Source of the DNA: Nitrososphaerota archaeon
GTDB lineage: Archaea > Thermoproteota > Nitrososphaeria > Nitrososphaerales > Gagatemarchaeaceae
Assembly: GCA_016200025.1 (NCBI GenBank)
Contig: JACQFO010000007.1
Location: 1-32,034 of the forward strand
Length of the DNA stretch: 32,034 bases
Direction: 5' to 3'
The notes under the pieces were generated by a model, which did not search any database, had not been told where the DNA came from, and saw nothing but the letters and a program-made list of their open reading frames with translations. Below, in pieces: positions 27,817 through 32,034 of the stretch. A program made the translations under genes and the position numbers. Positions within the stretch are counted from its first letter, which is position 1, and the number at the start of each line of letters is the position of its first letter.

Positions 27817-28830
27817 TTGGGCCCTCGGAGGACTGCGATTGTTCGATGGACGGGGAGAGGAAGCCTCGAATCTCTGGCCGGCTCGGTCCGCAGGGTCCTT
27901 GGCGCCGCGGGGGTCAGGGCAAGAGTCCGGGTCGTCGGAGGCTCGATACTTGTTCAGTGGCAGGACCCTGTGGCAGTCGTCGCAATGTTCAGGCGGATGC
28001 CGGGGGTCGCCTGGCTGGCAGTAGGGGAGTCAGGTTCTGGATTCCGCGAGCTACTAGTGACCGGCTCGGCGCTCGCACGGAGGTACCTCCGCCGCGGCGA
28101 TGGATTCGTGGTCAAGCCGGAAGCGACTGGTCGGACACTCGCGTCTGACCTGGGCGGGGCCATGACATCGGCGATCTTGGAAGCCGTGAAGGGGTCCAGG
28201 GTGAGGGAGGACAAGCCGAAGGTCATGTTCAGGGCAGCCTTGGACGGAACAGTCGGCGCTGTGGGAGTCGAGATATCCGAGGGGCCCGGGGGGACGGCCT
28301 CAGGCAGAGACGAGGCGTCGTGTCTTGTATCGGGGGGGAGGCACAGCTCTGTCGTCGCATGGATGTCCCTGCTTTCCGGCCTGCGGGTGAAGCTGGTGCA
28401 CGCGAAGAGCGACGACGCGAGCCTCCTCGCAGTCGCAAAGCTCTACTCCGAGCTGTCTCACCGCGTCGACCCCTCGTTCCTTTCGCTCGAGGTCATTGAC
28501 TCCCGTTCCCCTGCCTCGGCCCTATCGGCGTGGAGCCGGAAAGGGGGAGTGGCGTTCGGAGGCTTTCACGCTGGCTGCAGTCCGATTCCTCGCTCTTTGG
28601 GCCGGAAGGTTGGCGGGCCGCTCCTAGTCCTGTCCGAGGAGAAGTACCTCGAGGAGTACGCGGACCTTTCCCTGAAGGAGTACGCAAGCAAAATGGACTG
28701 GGCAGAGAGGGGACCGGACCGCGTCAGGACGCTCGCGTTCGGGGGCAAGAGGGCCGACGTCAGCGACGTTCTGGACGGGCTGAAGCCGCAGCGGACTCCA
28801 GGGTCCGCACGACCTCGTCCTTCGCGTTGA
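27817..28830 (+). CDS. ThiI-like protein (THUMP plus degenerate PP-loop)
   Basis: FRRMPGVAW, THUMP-like FVVKPEA..ASDLGGAMTSAI, GVEISEGPGG, CLVSGGRHSSVVAWM (canonical ThiI has SGGIDS). Confidence 0.65.
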   Translation: MGPRRTAIVRWTGRGSLESLAGSVRRVLGAAGVRARVRVVGGSILVQWQDPVAVVAMFRRMPGVAWLAVGESGSGFRELLVTGSALARRYLRRGDGFVVKPEATGRTLASDLGGAMTSAILEAVKGSRVREDKPKVMFRAALDGTVGAVGVEISEGPGGTASGRDEASCLVSGGRHSSVVAWMSLLSGLRVKLVHAKSDDASLLAVAKLYSELSHRVDPSFLSLEVIDSRSPASALSAWSRKGGVAFGGFHAGCSPIPRSLGRKVGGPLLVLSEEKYLEEYADLSLKEYASKMDWAERGPDRVRTLAFGGKRADVSDVLDGLKPQRTPGSARPRPSR

Positions 28831-29929
28831 AGCCGGAGGCCCAGGCGCCGAGGCGCCTCGCACTCTCGCCGAACCCTCCGTCCACCAGGGCCCCGAGTGA
28901 CTCCCGGAGGCTCTCCAGTGCCAGGCGCTCCTGAGGGAGCACGATCGAGACGCCCAGCCTGGCAGCTTTCTCTGCGTTCCCCTCCTGCTCGGGTTGCCTT
29001 GGGATGGGGATGATGAGGGAGGGCTTCCCCGAGGCTATCGTCTGACCGATCGTCCCGTGTCCCGCGCGCGAAATGATGGCGTCGCAAGCAGCGAAATAAT
29101 ATTCAGATATGCCGCACCAGGAGTAATACCATCCTCCTGCAAATGGAGTAGCGCCTCCGTCCGCCGACGGGTTCCCGCCTGAAACCACGAAGACGAACCT
29201 GTCCGACAGGCGTCCCGCGAGGTCGAGCGCCTGCTTCACGAGGCCCGCGCGGGTCTGCGGTGGCCCGGAGACCTGCCAGAAGACCTTCACCCGGGGGTCC
29301 TTCGCGAAACCCCTGCCGGCGGCGTCGGGCACTCCCTTCCCGGACGGAGTAAGGAACCAGACGTACCTAGTCTTCTCCACGTTGCTGCCCCATAGGTTCT
29401 TCTCGCTGATGGTGTAGGGGGGAGGCAGGTCGGGGAGCAGGACTTCGTCGCTGAATTCCCAGAGCTTTCCCATGCCTGAAGAGGTGCCCACCGAGAGGAG
29501 CCTGGCCGGGGCCCCCTGCCCGCCGTGGGAGCTCGTGAGGTTCAATTGGTTCAGGACCGTGACCGTGGGCAGGCGAAGGATCCTTGCTGCGAGGACCGTG
29601 GAGAGCGCCGAGTCGCTTAGGACGACGCCGGGGCCGAACTTTTGGATGTGCGAGACCTCCAACTCCACCTGGTGGTAGGTGCGCGCCAGGATCCAGGGCG
29701 ACGAGACGAGCGTCTGCTTCATGGCGAATTCTCCTGTGGCGGAGTACTTGACGTCGGCCAGCGGGAGCCTATTGCACCGATAGCCCCTGGCCTCTATCAT
29801 GGTCGCCACCTCCCCAGAAGAAGACATCTCGACCTCCCAGCCGCGGTCGCGGAGGGCCCCTGCCACTTCGAGCATCCGGCTCGCGTGCCCGAGCCCCGAC
29901 CCGAAGCATCCTATGTAGACCCTGGGCAT
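28760..29929 (-). CDS. GT-B glycosyltransferase, MurG/GT28-like
   Basis: ATG 29929: GSGLGHASR, VVLSDS, PDLPPPYTIS, IISRAGHGTI, GKPSLIIP, EQEGNA. Confidence 0.88.
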   Translation of the reverse strand: MPRVYIGCFGSGLGHASRMLEVAGALRDRGWEVEMSSSGEVATMIEARGYRCNRLPLADVKYSATGEFAMKQTLVSSPWILARTYHQVELEVSHIQKFGPGVVLSDSALSTVLAARILRLPTVTVLNQLNLTSSHGGQGAPARLLSVGTSSGMGKLWEFSDEVLLPDLPPPYTISEKNLWGSNVEKTRYVWFLTPSGKGVPDAAGRGFAKDPRVKVFWQVSGPPQTRAGLVKQALDLAGRLSDRFVFVVSGGNPSADGGATPFAGGWYYSWCGISEYYFAACDAIISRAGHGTIGQTIASGKPSLIIPIPRQPEQEGNAEKAARLGVSIVLPQERLALESLRESLGALVDGGFGESARRLGAWASGFNAKDEVVRTLESAAASARPERR

Positions 29930-29930
29930 C

Positions 29931-30551
29931 TCAGGACTCCCTCGTATCTGCCCTGACGCTCCCGCCCGGGGTTTCCTCGCCAAAGATTTCGGCCTGGTAG
30001 ACCTGCACCTCCGTGCCCTCGGCCAGCCAAGCTTCCGGGGGCAGGCCGGCCTTGATGCAGGCCTGGGAAAGGAATTCCTGTGGGCCCATCCCGAAATCGG
30101 TCGCCACCTGGGGTAGGAGGAGGCCGCTCGCTCCGCGACTACTAATGATAAGCCCGTCGATGCCGATCCTCACCAGGGAAGGAAGGTCCGTCCTCATCTC
30201 CGGTTCCAATTCCTGTGGAGGGGTCAGTATGCTGACTTCTACTACGACGGAGTCCAGCTCGGCAGCGGTGATAGGGGGGAAACGCGGATCCTCCGAGGCC
30301 GCGGCGAGAGCAGCTTCTACTATCGCGTCTCCCAGCTTCTTGACTGGATAGGGGAAGCCTATGCAGCCCCTGAGGCCATCTGGAGCGCGGGAGCCAGTGT
30401 AGAAAGTGACGAAGGCCCCGCGGAGCTCGGAGAACGGCCCCTGTTCCCACGACCTAGGTGCTGGAGAAGTCCCACGGACTCTGTGCACGAGGGAGGCCCT
30501 TGCGAGGTCGACAGCGGCCCTGCCTTCGTCCATCGACAACCGTCTCTGCAT
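29931..30551 (-). CDS. AMMECR1/AmmeMemoRadiSam protein A family protein
   Basis: EGRAAVDLAR, GAFVT, LRGCIG, AASEDPRFPP, EVSILTPP, GLLLPQV, ACIKAGL, AEIFGE; start ATG 30551 or 30533. Confidence 0.92.
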   Translation of the reverse strand: MQRRLSMDEGRAAVDLARASLVHRVRGTSPAPRSWEQGPFSELRGAFVTFYTGSRAPDGLRGCIGFPYPVKKLGDAIVEAALAAASEDPRFPPITAAELDSVVVEVSILTPPQELEPEMRTDLPSLVRIGIDGLIISSRGASGLLLPQVATDFGMGPQEFLSQACIKAGLPPEAWLAEGTEVQVYQAEIFGEETPGGSVRADTRES

Positions 30552-31038
30552 TCTGCCTGAGGCGCCTTTCAAGCGACCTTAACTTTTTCCAGTGGCTTCC
30601 CTTCCAGTAGACGCGCCCGCAGTCTACACAGCGGTGGAACAGACGATGCCTTCGTTTGACTTCGGGGGGGACATGTGCGGACGCCTCGGACCTTTTCAGC
30701 ACGACCAGGGGTCCGTTGCAAACGGAACAGCGGGAGACCCCGCGGACGAGACGTATGGACGAGGCGAGCGCCCCGCCGACCACCGAGGTGAGCCTGGCGG
30801 CGTCGTTGTCGCCCACTACGAGCACGGACAGCATGCCGTCAGCTCTGGCCTTCAAGTAGAGCGATCGGTCGGCCGTGAGTGCCAGCCTGCGCTCCCTCCT
30901 CGCCAGTCTCAGAAAGTCAGGGTCGGAGCCCGAACGATAGTACTCGGTGTCGAAGCCGAGGGCGCGCAGCTTGCGGGCGAGAGAACCCAGCATCGCGTCG
31001 GCCAGGAGCTTCCGTGCGACTCCAGCCTTGTGAGCCAT
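30454..31038 (-). CDS. Mut7-C RNase domain protein (PIN fold plus Zn ribbon)
   Basis: LADAMLGSLARKLRALGFDT, LTADRSL, RCSVCNGPL, CVDCGRVYWKGSH. Confidence 0.9.
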   Translation of the reverse strand: MAHKAGVARKLLADAMLGSLARKLRALGFDTEYYRSGSDPDFLRLARRERRLALTADRSLYLKARADGMLSVLVVGDNDAARLTSVVGGALASSIRLVRGVSRCSVCNGPLVVLKRSEASAHVPPEVKRRHRLFHRCVDCGRVYWKGSHWKKLRSLERRLRQNAETVVDGRRQGRCRPRKGLPRAQSPWDFSST

Positions 31039-31056
31039 CTCAACTTTGTCGGCGAG

Positions 31057-32034
31057 CTACCGCGTGGTTTCCGCAGTCTTCACTGCCATGTAGAGCTTCT
31101 TCGCCGAGGAAGTCTTCTCGAAGTGCACCCGTATGGGGGAGATGATGGAGTCGAGGGCGTCTGCGACTCCCCTCTTGAGGTCGGCGGGATGAAGGGTTCC
31201 ACCCCGGAAGGCCAGTTCCATCTCGTCGTAGCTCGTGAATTCGACCTTGCCGCCGAACTTCTCCGGTCGCTCCACGGAGAGCGACTTCTGTTTCCTGAAG
31301 ATGATGTACTTGGAGTACTCCATGGGGGCGTTGCCCTCAACGACCTTGGCTGGACAATAGGCGGAGTTCACCTTCTTCGCTATCTCCTCCCTGCTGTCGT
31401 GGACGAAGATCGCGGTCTCCGGCCTGCTCTTGCTCATCTTGCTCGCTATTTGGGAATCCAGGGTCCTGTTCTCATCGTACCCCTCCGCCTCCTTCTTCCC
31501 TCCAAGGCCGATGAGCATGTGGTGGTGCACTGCGACGGGCTTCTTCCACTTCATTTTGTCCGCAATCTCCCTGGCCAGGATGTTGGCACGCCTCTGGTCG
31601 AGGCCCAGTTGGCAGATGTCGACGTCGAGCCAGAAGATGTCGGCGACCTGCATCATTGGATAGAAGAGCTGGGCAGTCTGGATCAGGTCCTTGGTGGTGC
31701 GGCCCATGATCGTGAGTGCACGCTGGGTCCTGGCCAACGTGGCGTTCTGCGCGACTGTCACGACCCTCTTCCAGTACTCCTCGTCCTTGGCAGCGTCGCT
31801 CGTCCAGAGCACTTCCACCTTGCTCATGTCAACGCCCGCCGCGCGCCAGACCTCGATGAAGTACTTCCCCACCTCCTGGATGGTCGCGAGGTCCCCGCCC
31901 ATCTTGTTGTTGACCCAGCCGAACCAGTCGGCTATCCAGAGCTTCATCTTCACGCCCGCCTTCAGCATGTCCTCCACCAGGATGGGGCGCAGGACCCCGA
32001 ATGGAAGGTGCGCAAGGCCGCTGGGTTCGAAGCC
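31057..32034 (-). CDS. tyrS: Tyrosine--tRNA ligase, archaeal type (5' end outside the window)
   Basis: GFEPSGLAHLPFG at the window edge, WIADW, YPMMQVADI, GLDQRRANILARE, KMSKS, AYCP, ERPEKFGG, LHPADLK. Confidence 0.95.
   Translation of the reverse strand, partial: GFEPSGLAHLPFGVLRPILVEDMLKAGVKMKLWIADWFGWVNNKMGGDLATIQEVGKYFIEVWRAAGVDMSKVEVLWTSDAAKDEEYWKRVVTVAQNATLARTQRALTIMGRTTKDLIQTAQLFYPMMQVADIFWLDVDICQLGLDQRRANILAREIADKMKWKKPVAVHHHMLIGLGGKKEAEGYDENRTLDSQIASKMSKSRPETAIFVHDSREEIAKKVNSAYCPAKVVEGNAPMEYSKYIIFRKQKSLSVERPEKFGGKVEFTSYDEMELAFRGGTLHPADLKRGVADALDSIISPIRVHFEKTSSAKKLYMAVKTAETTR

Noticed and set aside
1..32034. tRNA, rRNA, CRISPR arrays, transposases, integrases, defence systems
   Set aside because: Intergenic gaps are all about 120 nt or less, and I saw no cloverleaf, repeat-spacer pattern or mobile-element motif; small guide RNAs cannot be excluded by eye

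Overview
Gene-dense, GC-rich archaeal chromosomal segment. It has RadA, archaeal-type TyrRS and AsnRS, DUF373-uppS, Mut7-C, AMMECR1, TATA boxes about 25-35 nt upstream of starts and many TTG/GTG starts. The gene set is compatible with a heterotrophic TACK lineage such as basal non-ammonia-oxidising Nitrososphaerota (inference). The left half (1-17.4 kb) is an acyl-CoA/lipid catabolism island: a membrane Fe-S oxidoreductase (FadF/EtfD-like, partial and absent from the ORF track), etfA, etfB, acyl-CoA dehydrogenase, PrpD, an LLM oxidoreductase, MenA-like and CPBP proteins, two thiolase-fold proteins lacking the catalytic Cys, acetoacetate-CoA ligase, two DUF35 proteins, IlvE, a canonical thiolase and an acyl-CoA synthetase. 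The right half is mostly housekeeping. Highlights: a small gene resembling eukaryotic/Asgard ribosomal protein eL22; a Cys-less thiolase x2 + DUF35 x2 + acetoacetate-CoA ligase unit that may be an uncharacterised retro-aldolase (HMG-CoA-lyase-like) system; a ~906-aa surface glycoprotein gene interrupted by one in-frame TAG; and several single-base changes in conserved motifs that may be sequence errors. I recognised no tRNA, rRNA, CRISPR array or mobile element.
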